Source of the DNA: Acidiferrobacter sp.
GTDB lineage: Bacteria; Pseudomonadota; Gammaproteobacteria; Acidiferrobacterales; Acidiferrobacteraceae
NCBI GenBank assembly: GCA_035530915.1
Contig: DATKTV010000037.1
Coordinates: 8,039 to 72,038 of the forward strand
Length of the DNA stretch: 64,000 bases
Direction: 5' to 3'
The notes under the pieces were generated by a model. It was not told where the DNA came from, ran no database searches, and saw nothing but the letters and a program-made list of their open reading frames with translations. Both the position numbers and the translations under genes were made by a program. Shown piece by piece: positions 32,777 to 40,892 of the stretch. How positions within the stretch are numbered: position 1 is the stretch's first letter; each line of letters starts with the position of its first letter.

Positions 32777-34418
32777 CCAGCGATGTCGGCCAAGTTATGT
32801 GGTCGCCTAACAAATCGTGCTGCCGGACTTCTTTGCCCCTCAACCTCACCACCTCGGTTTCTTCTATCGTGTTCTTGCAAATCAGCAGGTAGTAGTTGAC
32901 CTCGTCCGCGACCTGCCCACGCCTGTGTATCCTGTCGAGCGACTGGAGATAATGTGCTGCCTGGTTAGAATAAGATATGTAGACCGCATCGTAGGCCGCG
33001 TGTAAGGTGATTCCAGCGCCTGCGGCGGCGGGGTTGCCCACGAACAGCATGGTTGACGGGTCCTCCTGGAAGGAGCGCACTGCGTCTCGCCTCGCTACGT
33101 TAGAAGTAACCGAGCCATCGACCCTAACGGGACGATACCGCGAATATCTCGCCATGATCTCGTCCAGGCTTTTCCTGTAGAAAGACCAGAGCACGACCTT
33201 GCGGCCCTGGGAGATCAGTTTATCTAGGAGATCGTCGAGCACGGTATATTTCACGGGAACTTCCGAAGCCGTTGGGTCTATCGAGCTGGGGCAGGAACAT
33301 ATCTGCAACAACGCGGCCCTCTTCTGGAAATAAGTCAGCAAACTCTTCTTGAACGACTCGTTATTGAGCCCCCGAAGCTCCAGCTCCAATGCTGATTGTG
33401 CCTTCTCGTACATTAGTGCCTGCTTGCCCGCGAGCTCCACACTTATCACGTGGAAGTTCTTTTCCGGAACATGCTGAAGGATATCCGGCTTCAACCTCCT
33501 GATGAAAACACCTTTCGTGTCTACCAACGTAGCGATTGTGTCCCAGTCTTCCGCAACATTGTTCGATTTTTTGAACCCTCCGAACGTGTAACCGAGATCC
33601 GCCAGATCGAACTGATTCACCAGGTCATGGGCGGAGTTGGGGGCGGGAGTCCCGCACAGCACGAAACACTTCCGGCACTTCGACCTGAGTCTATCCACGA
33701 TTTCCGAACGGTAGGACTCGCCGTTTTTAAGGTAGTAGGACTCGTCGACCACGAGAAGGTAGCGCTTGGTGAACGCGCTCGCCATCAGGTAGACCAGCAT
33801 GGGCTCAACACCTTCGTAGTTCGTGACCAGCACGTCGAACTTGCGTTGCGCAGTCTCATACTTCTGCCGCTGGTCGCCCTCAGCTATTTCGACCTGGCAC
33901 TCTGGGGCTAGAAACCTGGCTATGTCCTTCGGCCACTCGCTGACCATACTCTTCGGGCACACCACGATCATCGCATCTATCTCGCCCTTAGCCCTCAACT
34001 CGTCGAACGCGGCGAGGGTCATAACGGTTTTCCCGCTGCCCTGCTCGTCGAACAGACAGAGCCCGAGAAGGCCAAGCACGGTCATCGCTCCGACCGCCGA
34101 TGCCTGGGCGGGTTCGAGGACGTTGTTCCAGTTCCCAGACAGTGCGGGCTGCTCGCCGAGTTCTATTATCTCCAGCGCTCTGATTCGGGCCGCTTCGTGC
34201 TGCTTGAATCGTTCCAACGCGCTCCCCACATCGCCATCCGTTTCCGCATGATCTATCAGGTCTGCGACTATAGGGAGAGCAGACAACCGAAACCTAATGA
34301 AACCTTTTCCCGAGGTAAGCTGCGAGCCTACCCGTTGGGCAAGCTGGGCCTTAAGCTTTAAAAGTTCAAGTCCGGCGCACTCTATATATATCCCATCCTC
34401 CTCAACCCGGGCTTTCAT
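32742..34418 (-). CDS. minimal SNF2-family ATPase/translocase
   Basis: DEQGSGKT (motif I), LVVDESYYLKN (II), LCGTPAPNSAHDL (III), QSLDRIHRRGQ (VI). Confidence 0.85.
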   Translation of the reverse strand: MKARVEEDGIYIECAGLELLKLKAQLAQRVGSQLTSGKGFIRFRLSALPIVADLIDHAETDGDVGSALERFKQHEAARIRALEIIELGEQPALSGNWNNVLEPAQASAVGAMTVLGLLGLCLFDEQGSGKTVMTLAAFDELRAKGEIDAMIVVCPKSMVSEWPKDIARFLAPECQVEIAEGDQRQKYETAQRKFDVLVTNYEGVEPMLVYLMASAFTKRYLLVVDESYYLKNGESYRSEIVDRLRSKCRKCFVLCGTPAPNSAHDLVNQFDLADLGYTFGGFKKSNNVAEDWDTIATLVDTKGVFIRRLKPDILQHVPEKNFHVISVELAGKQALMYEKAQSALELELRGLNNESFKKSLLTYFQKRAALLQICSCPSSIDPTASEVPVKYTVLDDLLDKLISQGRKVVLWSFYRKSLDEIMARYSRYRPVRVDGSVTSNVARRDAVRSFQEDPSTMLFVGNPAAAGAGITLHAAYDAVYISYSNQAAHYLQSLDRIHRRGQVADEVNYYLLICKNTIEETEVVRLRGKEVRQHDLLGDHITWPTSLDDALQELGAHA

Positions 34419-34422
34419 CGGT

Positions 34423-35544
34423 TCACCCCGATGCCGCTTTGCTCAGTTTGATTACCAGTTCCAGCGCCTCTTGGAGATTTGTTCGGGATCTTTCCGGAAT
34501 CAGCTCGATATCCGAGGCGGTCATTCCTTTGATGAACTTAACGAACGTATCGATCCTGCCGATAGCTTCATCGCCGCTCCTCACGATTCTTGCGTTGTAG
34601 TCGAGAATCGCTTTCGCCGATTTCGCGGCGGCCGGATCTGGCTGTAATAGAGCCGCTTTGGCTTCTGGATGTTGCCATGCTTTATATGCGATCCTCACCT
34701 CGGGGAAGCTCGAAAACTTAGAGTCGTTGATCCATTTAAAAAACTGGATCTTGAAATCAATGTCCGTCTTTAACGGGTCGAAAAATGACTTTTGCGCCTC
34801 GTTGAAATACTGATAATTTTTTGCAGCAATAGTCTCGGCTTCCTGCTCTGGCAACCCCAAACCGCCACCAGACTCATCGTCCGGGTCTATATTTGCAGTC
34901 GCAAAAATAACGAACTCCTGGATTATTTCGTGGATCTTGAGCGCGTTCTTGATTTGCGATCTGTCCCAACTGAACTTTTGCGAAATCTGCTCCAGGCTTA
35001 AACCCTCCTCATGCGCACCGATAACCTGGACCGCCTTCACGTATGCAGGCCACTCGATTTTTAACGATGCCGAAAAGTTCTCTTCCACCAGGACATTCTG
35101 CTCGTCGGCATCCGTCGCGTCTTCAGAAAGAACGTGGACTTCGACCGTTTCCAGGTCTTGTCGGTTTGGGTCAGACACCGACATACTCGCCAGCGCGTAT
35201 TGAACAGCAAAAAACCTCCGGTTCCCATCGAGCAGCTTCCCCGTGTACGACAGGGCGAGAGGTTCGCGCAGGCCATTTTTGATGATGTCGTCCCGAAGCT
35301 GCTTGAGTTTTACCTCCGGATCGTTCTTCATCAGATCGAAAATCTCGTCCTGGGTTAGTTGCCTCCCGCCCACCTCGGATAAATATTTCTTTTTCTCCAA
35401 TTCGATTCTGGGATTGTCCACCCAGCCGATGATCGACGAAACTTTAACCTTTCCTTCCCAAACGTTGATCCTCCTGCCGTTATAAAGCCTCTGCTTGATT
35501 TGAGGCTGGGGCTTGTCCAACATAAACTTGGGATGAGTGGTCAT
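34423..35544 (-). CDS. ParB/Srx-fold N-terminal domain protein
   Basis: GLREPLALSYTGKLLDGNRRFFA resembles ParB box I/II, including the GxRR arginine patch. The ~230-aa helical C-terminal region is unassigned. Confidence 0.6.
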   Translation of the reverse strand: MTTHPKFMLDKPQPQIKQRLYNGRRINVWEGKVKVSSIIGWVDNPRIELEKKKYLSEVGGRQLTQDEIFDLMKNDPEVKLKQLRDDIIKNGLREPLALSYTGKLLDGNRRFFAVQYALASMSVSDPNRQDLETVEVHVLSEDATDADEQNVLVEENFSASLKIEWPAYVKAVQVIGAHEEGLSLEQISQKFSWDRSQIKNALKIHEIIQEFVIFATANIDPDDESGGGLGLPEQEAETIAAKNYQYFNEAQKSFFDPLKTDIDFKIQFFKWINDSKFSSFPEVRIAYKAWQHPEAKAALLQPDPAAAKSAKAILDYNARIVRSGDEAIGRIDTFVKFIKGMTASDIELIPERSRTNLQEALELVIKLSKAASG

Positions 35545-35564
35545 GGTTGTCTTAATCCTCTGGG

Positions 35565-36386
35565 CTAATCTGTCGTTTTCAACATCGATTCCAACTGATG
35601 AATGCGGTCTATCAGTTCAGATTTTTTCATCTGCGAGTATTGTTTCACTGGGGCGGGGGCCTGCTTATAAACATTCGCGAATGGCGCATGGTAGTCGACA
35701 AAAGGAGCATCAATGTCCCGAGCCATAACCTTTTCCTTCGCGATCCTTTGAATCCAAAAACCGGCCAAGTTTCTCGTGAACCGTTTTTTGATCTGTTCCT
35801 CAACAGCTGTAAAAATATCTGTGGCTCCATCATCTATGGCGCCGTCCCTACAAACGAACACAGCCAGATCCAACAATGGCGTCGAACCCTTTATCGTGGT
35901 TAGTATCGTCAAGAAATTCGCCATCCAACAATCATGAAAGCGGAGCCCCCACTGCTTCCCGGTAGCCGCGAGCCCCATTTTGAATAGTGGGTGCTTGGGA
36001 CGGTTCGGATAGTAAAATGGGGTAGCTTGGTTTGATGCTTTCTTCAGAGGCACCGTCAGGAAGTTCGACGATATCCTTTTCTCCGGGTGGGTTCCTGCCT
36101 CTTCGATTCTACCTAACTCGGTTACTTGCCTGACCATACCGTGGGAGTTTCCGACCAGAACAAGCTTAGTAAATTCCAGCTCCACTTGCTTGCGGTTATT
36201 TTTCCCTTCCAGACTGCCTGGGTTCAGATCCAGGCTGCTCACTCCGAAATGTTCGAACGTGGCATCGACCGACAAAAAATACATCAGCGCAGACGTTCGC
36301 TCCATATGCGTTTTCCCCGTGGTGTTTCGCGAGGAAAGCCTTTCGAACGACTTGCAAACCAACTCCTGACTGAAATATTTAGCCAT
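35565..36386 (-). CDS. hypothetical protein, no recognisable motif (operon member)
   Basis: A 273-aa ORF, 4 nt downstream of the methyltransferase stop and 20 nt upstream of the ParB-like gene. Codon usage matches its neighbours. Confidence 0.6.
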   Translation of the reverse strand: MAKYFSQELVCKSFERLSSRNTTGKTHMERTSALMYFLSVDATFEHFGVSSLDLNPGSLEGKNNRKQVELEFTKLVLVGNSHGMVRQVTELGRIEEAGTHPEKRISSNFLTVPLKKASNQATPFYYPNRPKHPLFKMGLAATGKQWGLRFHDCWMANFLTILTTIKGSTPLLDLAVFVCRDGAIDDGATDIFTAVEEQIKKRFTRNLAGFWIQRIAKEKVMARDIDAPFVDYHAPFANVYKQAPAPVKQYSQMKKSELIDRIHQLESMLKTTD

Positions 36387-36390
36387 CGCC

Positions 36391-37812
36391 TCATGCTCTT
36401 CTTTTGGTTTTTACTGACGGTTTCTCGTGCGAGAAGATCACGTCTCTGTCGCGGGCACGCAGCGGCTTGCCGGAGTCTACAAACTGCTCGAAGCTCATAT
36501 ATTCCGATTCACCCCTTAGGTCGGCTCCATCCAACACCGCCTTGATCTGCATAGCCATCTCGTAGGCCAGCCTAGGGGGCACCGCATTGCCGATCTGCTG
36601 GTATTTCGATTTTATGGTGCGTCCCGCGAAACCAAACCAATCGGGGAAGGTTTGAATTCTGGCGATTTCCCTCACCGAAAATATGCGCTTCTCGATGGGA
36701 TGCCAAACCCCGGCATTCTCGGGTTTAAATGCCGCGGTGATCGTGCCAGCGATTTCGTCCCGATGATATCTCCTGTAGAAGTTAGGCCATCGGTATCGTT
36801 CCATATTGTCACTTATTTTCTTGAGGCGATCGGGAAGCTTCTCGTAGGGGATGCTTTTCCACGACCCGCCTTCGGGAACCATGCTCCCAATCTGTATGGC
36901 CTGCGGGTTCAGCTGCATCAGCTCCTTCTGGTTCAACACCTTGCTGTTCAAATCCAGAATGGTGTGCTTGAGGCTCAAATCGTCCCTGTCGATAGGGTGC
37001 GGGAAAGAAAACACTCCGGCCGTATGAACCCTCTCCACCCCGACGATGAATACGCGCAGCCTTTTTTGCGGGACGTGGTGCCTGGACGCATCGATCAGGC
37101 CGAAGATCACGTTGTATCCCAACGCATCCAGCTGCTCGCATATTTCTTGAATCAGGAGCTTCTGTCCATCACCGAAGGAGAGCAACCCGCGCACGTTTTC
37201 GAACAATACACTTCTGGGCTTCAAGTCGCGGACGAAAGCCAAGGCGGTCTGGTATAGGGTCCCACTTGTGCTGTCTTCCACACCCTTCCTGGAGCCTGCG
37301 TTCGAGAAGGGCTGGCACGGAAATCCTGCGGTCAACACATCAGGGCGTTTGGTCAGTTTCGGAACACCGACCACCCTTACGTCCTGATCGGAGATTTCCC
37401 CGATATTCTGGCGATATGTCTCGCACGCATCAGGGTTGATGTCGTTCGCGAACACCGTCTCGAATCCTGCCTGATGGAAGCCAAGGTCGAAGCCACCACA
37501 ACCTGAAAACAGGCTCACGTGCGTTAAGTCGGCCTTTGCGGTGTTTTTTTCAAGTGGGGTGAAAATCTCCCACGGGCGAGCCATCTTCTGTTCGGCGCCG
37601 GATGTTTTGGCCATCGGTTTCAGCGGAGAAGGCCTCAAGTTTTGGACTGTTGCCGACTTTTTCTGCTGCTTAATGTTGCCACGAGTCTTTTTCCCGACCT
37701 CGACAATAGCCGACTTGGCATCCAAACGTTTTCTTAGCGCCCTCGTAGAGGTTTTGACGACTTTGGCTCGATGTTGAAGGCCATTCACCATTTTTTCTGT
37801 TTCAACCTTCAT
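36391..37812 (-). CDS. DNA (cytosine-5)-methyltransferase with basic N-terminal extension
   Basis: Motifs FSGCGG (I), GFPCQPFS (IV, catalytic Cys), ENV (VI), QKRLRVFIVG (VIII), TFPDWF (IX), GNAVPP (X). The first ~95 aa are Lys/Arg-rich with no motif; the start codon is uncertain (internal Mets exist). Confidence 0.9.
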   Translation of the reverse strand: MKVETEKMVNGLQHRAKVVKTSTRALRKRLDAKSAIVEVGKKTRGNIKQQKKSATVQNLRPSPLKPMAKTSGAEQKMARPWEIFTPLEKNTAKADLTHVSLFSGCGGFDLGFHQAGFETVFANDINPDACETYRQNIGEISDQDVRVVGVPKLTKRPDVLTAGFPCQPFSNAGSRKGVEDSTSGTLYQTALAFVRDLKPRSVLFENVRGLLSFGDGQKLLIQEICEQLDALGYNVIFGLIDASRHHVPQKRLRVFIVGVERVHTAGVFSFPHPIDRDDLSLKHTILDLNSKVLNQKELMQLNPQAIQIGSMVPEGGSWKSIPYEKLPDRLKKISDNMERYRWPNFYRRYHRDEIAGTITAAFKPENAGVWHPIEKRIFSVREIARIQTFPDWFGFAGRTIKSKYQQIGNAVPPRLAYEMAMQIKAVLDGADLRGESEYMSFEQFVDSGKPLRARDRDVIFSHEKPSVKTKRRA

Positions 37813-38182
37813 TTAGGGAAGGTCTGCATAACTCAATTCTCGGCTCGTTCGCACTATAGGCGGATTCAAACATGAGTCCAATTTTGATGGAAATTGGTTG
37901 TGTTGGCAAGGTGAGGCCTTGTCCGATATGAAATGGGTCTGAAGGGGGTTATCGATACGCTGTCATGCAACATGATACCCTGCTGGTGCGAACCGTGATT
38001 CTCGAATATCTTGCTATCAAGGCCTGCTGGGCCTGTGGGCATGTCGGGCGAACATCGTGACTGGGTTGATCCAACACTATGAGCCCCGCCGTCCCGCATG
38101 CGACAGCGGTAATAGGTAGCTCGGGTCGCACAAAATGGGTGCCGGCCCTTCTTCGTAGTACGGCCGCCCATAACGCGCCCGC

Positions 38183-38749
38183 TCAGATACGTGCCTGAAT
38201 AGGCGGGTGATTACGCCATTGCGTTTCTATGTTCGCCCGAAGAGCTGTATCCGTAGCAGCCGCGTAAAATATGATCCCAGCGGTCGTTTTGATGTCCTCG
38301 ATAAAATCTTCGGCGACGAAGCATGCGGCATCTGGCGCGTTAGGGCTAGCAAATGATGACAGGTGAGGCTGCCCTTCGGCCCGGTGCGCCAATACGATGG
38401 CCCTTGGGCGACCGCCATTGTCCGTCGCAGCGCCATCGGGAATAAGCGAAAAACTGTGAACGATTCCGCATCGCAGAATAACGTACATCTGGGTGGGCAG
38501 GTCCTGGGCTCCGCTTACATACGTGAAATTGCGATACTCCGCGCGTGTCTGAGCCATATATCGGTCCACGAATGCGATGTAGTGCCCGCGGCCCGCCTTT
38601 CCGCCTGTCACGAGTTTAACGAGATATTCGACCATAGCCGCAGCGCATACAAAAACCCAAGCGTTGCCCATCCCACACATCGCGAGCAATTCATCCGCCC
38701 TATCGTCAAAGTACCGCTTAGCTTCCGCAAGCTCCGTTCCAAGATCCAT
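38183..38749 (-). CDS. hypothetical protein (orphan cargo gene)
   Basis: Start set at MDLGTEL (ATG at 38749), preceded by GGAGAGGAG. 189 aa. Contains one R-x4-H string (RCGIVH), but nothing else I can assign. Confidence 0.55.
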   Translation of the reverse strand: MDLGTELAEAKRYFDDRADELLAMCGMGNAWVFVCAAAMVEYLVKLVTGGKAGRGHYIAFVDRYMAQTRAEYRNFTYVSGAQDLPTQMYVILRCGIVHSFSLIPDGAATDNGGRPRAIVLAHRAEGQPHLSSFASPNAPDAACFVAEDFIEDIKTTAGIIFYAAATDTALRANIETQWRNHPPIQARI

Positions 38750-39012
38750 TCTAATCTCCTCTCCCGGTTGGCCCGGGGTGCGTCCGCGCTTTACGGGGCC
38801 ACTCGGCATGGGCCCGGCGCCCGTACAAGCCCACCCAGCAGCGTTGTCCCGCTTCCCGCCTGACTGGGCGCGCCGGGCCCGTACCGAACAGTCCGCCGAG
38901 CAATAAACGTACCGCCGATCACAAGCGCTGCAAGGGTGGCAGCTTTAGATCAAAATCAGTGGCAGGATTGGGCCGGAATACGCACGCCGCGACCATTGGC
39001 GCCCACGATCGC

Positions 39013-39576
39013 TCAACGGAACTGCCGGCTTACGCCCGTCATCGTCATTCGATAGTTGAACATTCTCACGCTTACGCCGAACTCATTTGCGGCAGAAGCC
39101 GGATCAAGTCGACGTTTCTTTATGCTGATCAGGGCTTCGCGCGGCAGCAACAAACAGCCGGAGAGCCAGTCCGCCTCCTCCTCTTGAAGTTTCTCGTAAC
39201 TTTTAAGAAGCATCAGACCCTCAGCGGATACATCGACCTCCTGCGCCTCGTGGCCCCGGATCCGATGAGCCAATTCGTGAGTCAGATCGCTGGCTTGTCG
39301 AGGACGCGAGTGTGATGAGTTCAATATCACCAATGCCTGATTTTCCATGACGAGCGTGACAGCGGACCAGCAACTCGGTGTCTGACCATCGTCGCGGAGT
39401 AGGGTATTTCGCGCGCCCGCGCTCAATCCAGGCACATCGTGTGGCGTCCACACAGTCACCCCCAGTTTCCTGGCCAGCAAAAATGGGTCGAGCGGATCAC
39501 TTGCTCTTAAGCCGAGCTCGTGACGCATTTCGACTGAATACTTCTCGCACCATGTCTTGAATCCGCGCTCAAACAC
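39013..39576 (-). CDS. ImmA/IrrE-family zinc metallopeptidase (CapP-like)
   Basis: HEXXH motif in DLTHELAHRIRGHE. Starts 2 nt after the stop of the upstream HTH gene. Confidence 0.8.
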   Translation of the reverse strand: MFERGFKTWCEKYSVEMRHELGLRASDPLDPFLLARKLGVTVWTPHDVPGLSAGARNTLLRDDGQTPSCWSAVTLVMENQALVILNSSHSRPRQASDLTHELAHRIRGHEAQEVDVSAEGLMLLKSYEKLQEEEADWLSGCLLLPREALISIKKRRLDPASAANEFGVSVRMFNYRMTMTGVSRQFR

Positions 39577-39578
39577 TG

Positions 39579-39920
39579 TCAGTTTTCAAGCTCGTCCTCA
39601 AAAAACGCCCTATGCGCCAAGAGGATCATTTCGCTTAACGCTTTAGCGCTGTCCGGCTTAATAGCCGTCCCCTTCTTGAAGTGGACCCGCGCGCTGTTCG
39701 TTCCACGTGAAACGGGCTCTAAGCCCAAATATTGGGCTGGGTCCTCGCGCAGCCACTGGCATACCCGTCCGAACGTCTCTAGGTCTGGGATATTTCCGTT
39801 CTCTATCCGGGACAATGTCGCCGGGCTTACGCCGATCTCCTTAGCCGCTTCCCGTACTCCCTTCCCTGCGCGGTACTCCCGTATTCGCCGCGCCAAGCGC
39901 TCAATCTGAGTCGAATCCAT
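39579..39920 (-). CDS. XRE-family helix-turn-helix transcriptional regulator (CapH-like)
   Basis: GVREAAKEIGVSPATLSRIENGN HTH. Start placed at MDSTQ (39920), preceded by AAGGGG. The longer listed ORF overlaps the divergent promoter region. Confidence 0.8.
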   Translation of the reverse strand: MDSTQIERLARRIREYRAGKGVREAAKEIGVSPATLSRIENGNIPDLETFGRVCQWLREDPAQYLGLEPVSRGTNSARVHFKKGTAIKPDSAKALSEMILLAHRAFFEDELEN

Positions 39921-39935
39921 GGTCCCCTTTTTCAT

Positions 39936-40008
39936 ACGTAAGACACAGTGATTGACATGTGCAACAAACGTATGCGACGATGTTGCACGTAAGAGACACC
40001 ACTGTCTC
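39936..40008. promoter_or_regulatory. candidate operator/promoter block in the divergent capH-like / Ubl intergenic region
   Basis: Direct repeats ACGTAAGACAC (39936..39946) and ACGTAAGAGACAC (39987..39999). Inverted repeat GTGCAACA (39959..39966) N14 TGTTGCAC (39981..39988). GACACAGTG (39942..39950) versus CACTGTCTC (40000..40008). A consensus TTGACA lies at 39952..39957. Confidence 0.45.
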
Positions 40009-40077
40009 ATAGAGGCCCCGGGGGGTCAAGATAGGCGAGCCGCCGGGCATTTCTTCCTTTTAAAGCCGAGGTTTACG

Positions 40078-40389
40078 ATGAACGCCGAGACCCGAAGCGA
40101 AAATGACAAACACCGAGATGATGCAAAAGACAGTCTGACCGTGATTTTCGACCACGTGAACAGCCTCCGAACGGTCGAGGTTAAGGCGGGGGAAGACGAA
40201 ACCCTTGGCGCGCTATGGGACAGGGCGTGCGCGAAAATGACGGAGGCTCGGCGGGCCGTTGACCATTTGCAGGCAGCCGATGGCCAGGACCTCACGCCCT
40301 ATCTGGCGCTCACCTTGCTTAAGCTTCAAGAAAAGCTGGGAATCAAAATACATAAGATCGAGATAGTGGGCCCGACAGGGGGGGCATAG
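40078..40389 (+). CDS. bilA: ubiquitin-like (beta-grasp-sized) protein ending in Gly-Gly-Ala
   Basis: 103 aa from an ATG at 40078, preceded by GAGG. C-terminus ...IEIVGPTGGA*. First gene of the Ubl-E2-JAB-E1 operon. Symbol given by analogy to the Bil operon order as I recall it. Confidence 0.65.
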   Translation: MNAETRSENDKHRDDAKDSLTVIFDHVNSLRTVEVKAGEDETLGALWDRACAKMTEARRAVDHLQAADGQDLTPYLALTLLKLQEKLGIKIHKIEIVGPTGGA

Positions 40390-40391
40390 GC

Positions 40392-40892
40392 ATGGCCGCG
40401 CTGGTGCCATTACAGGATGTCCACGGCGGCCGAGAGGCGTTCGCGCGCGATCTCGCGACGGTCTTAAAAGGTGCCAGCCTAACAGAGCGTGGGTGGGCGG
40501 CGCCTAACGACCTCACGCTGCTAGTGCCACTGTTCCCTGTAAACGCCGCAGGCAACTGCGATGCGTACCTGCTCCGACTTTTCTTTGATCACTACTCGAA
40601 TGGGCCACCCAGCGCGCAATTCGTCAACCCCTTGACCTTATCCTATGTTTTTCCCAACGACGTCATGTGGGTCCCGTGCATCGCGGGTCACCCAAGCATC
40701 GCCTTTCATACGAATTTCAATAACAGCCTTCAGCTTATTTGTTCATCCACGACGCTGGAGTTCTACAAGGTGAACCACGCGGTGGCCGAAGAGCACCTCT
40801 GGCGCACCGGGCAGATGACGTTCTTGAGCACTCTCGCCGCTATCCGGGCTGGCCTAGCGCCGCCTTACTACAAGGGCAGGTCGGCGAGATGA
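40392..40892 (+). CDS. bilB: E2-like ubiquitin-conjugating enzyme homologue
   Basis: 166 aa. NGPPSAQFVNP...WVPCIAGHP...LQLICSS resembles the UBC-fold region around the catalytic Cys. 2-nt gap from the Ubl gene and ATGA overlap with the JAB gene. Confidence 0.6.
   Translation: MAALVPLQDVHGGREAFARDLATVLKGASLTERGWAAPNDLTLLVPLFPVNAAGNCDAYLLRLFFDHYSNGPPSAQFVNPLTLSYVFPNDVMWVPCIAGHPSIAFHTNFNNSLQLICSSTTLEFYKVNHAVAEEHLWRTGQMTFLSTLAAIRAGLAPPYYKGRSAR

Noticed and set aside
39952-40077. 42-codon upstream extension of the Ubl ORF, and similar extensions at 40739..40888, 22375..22500 and 29366..29485
   Set aside because: Each extension lacks a ribosome-binding site and overlaps either the upstream gene or a regulatory region. 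Internal ATGs with Shine-Dalgarno-like sequences or ATGA coupling give sensible protein N-termini.
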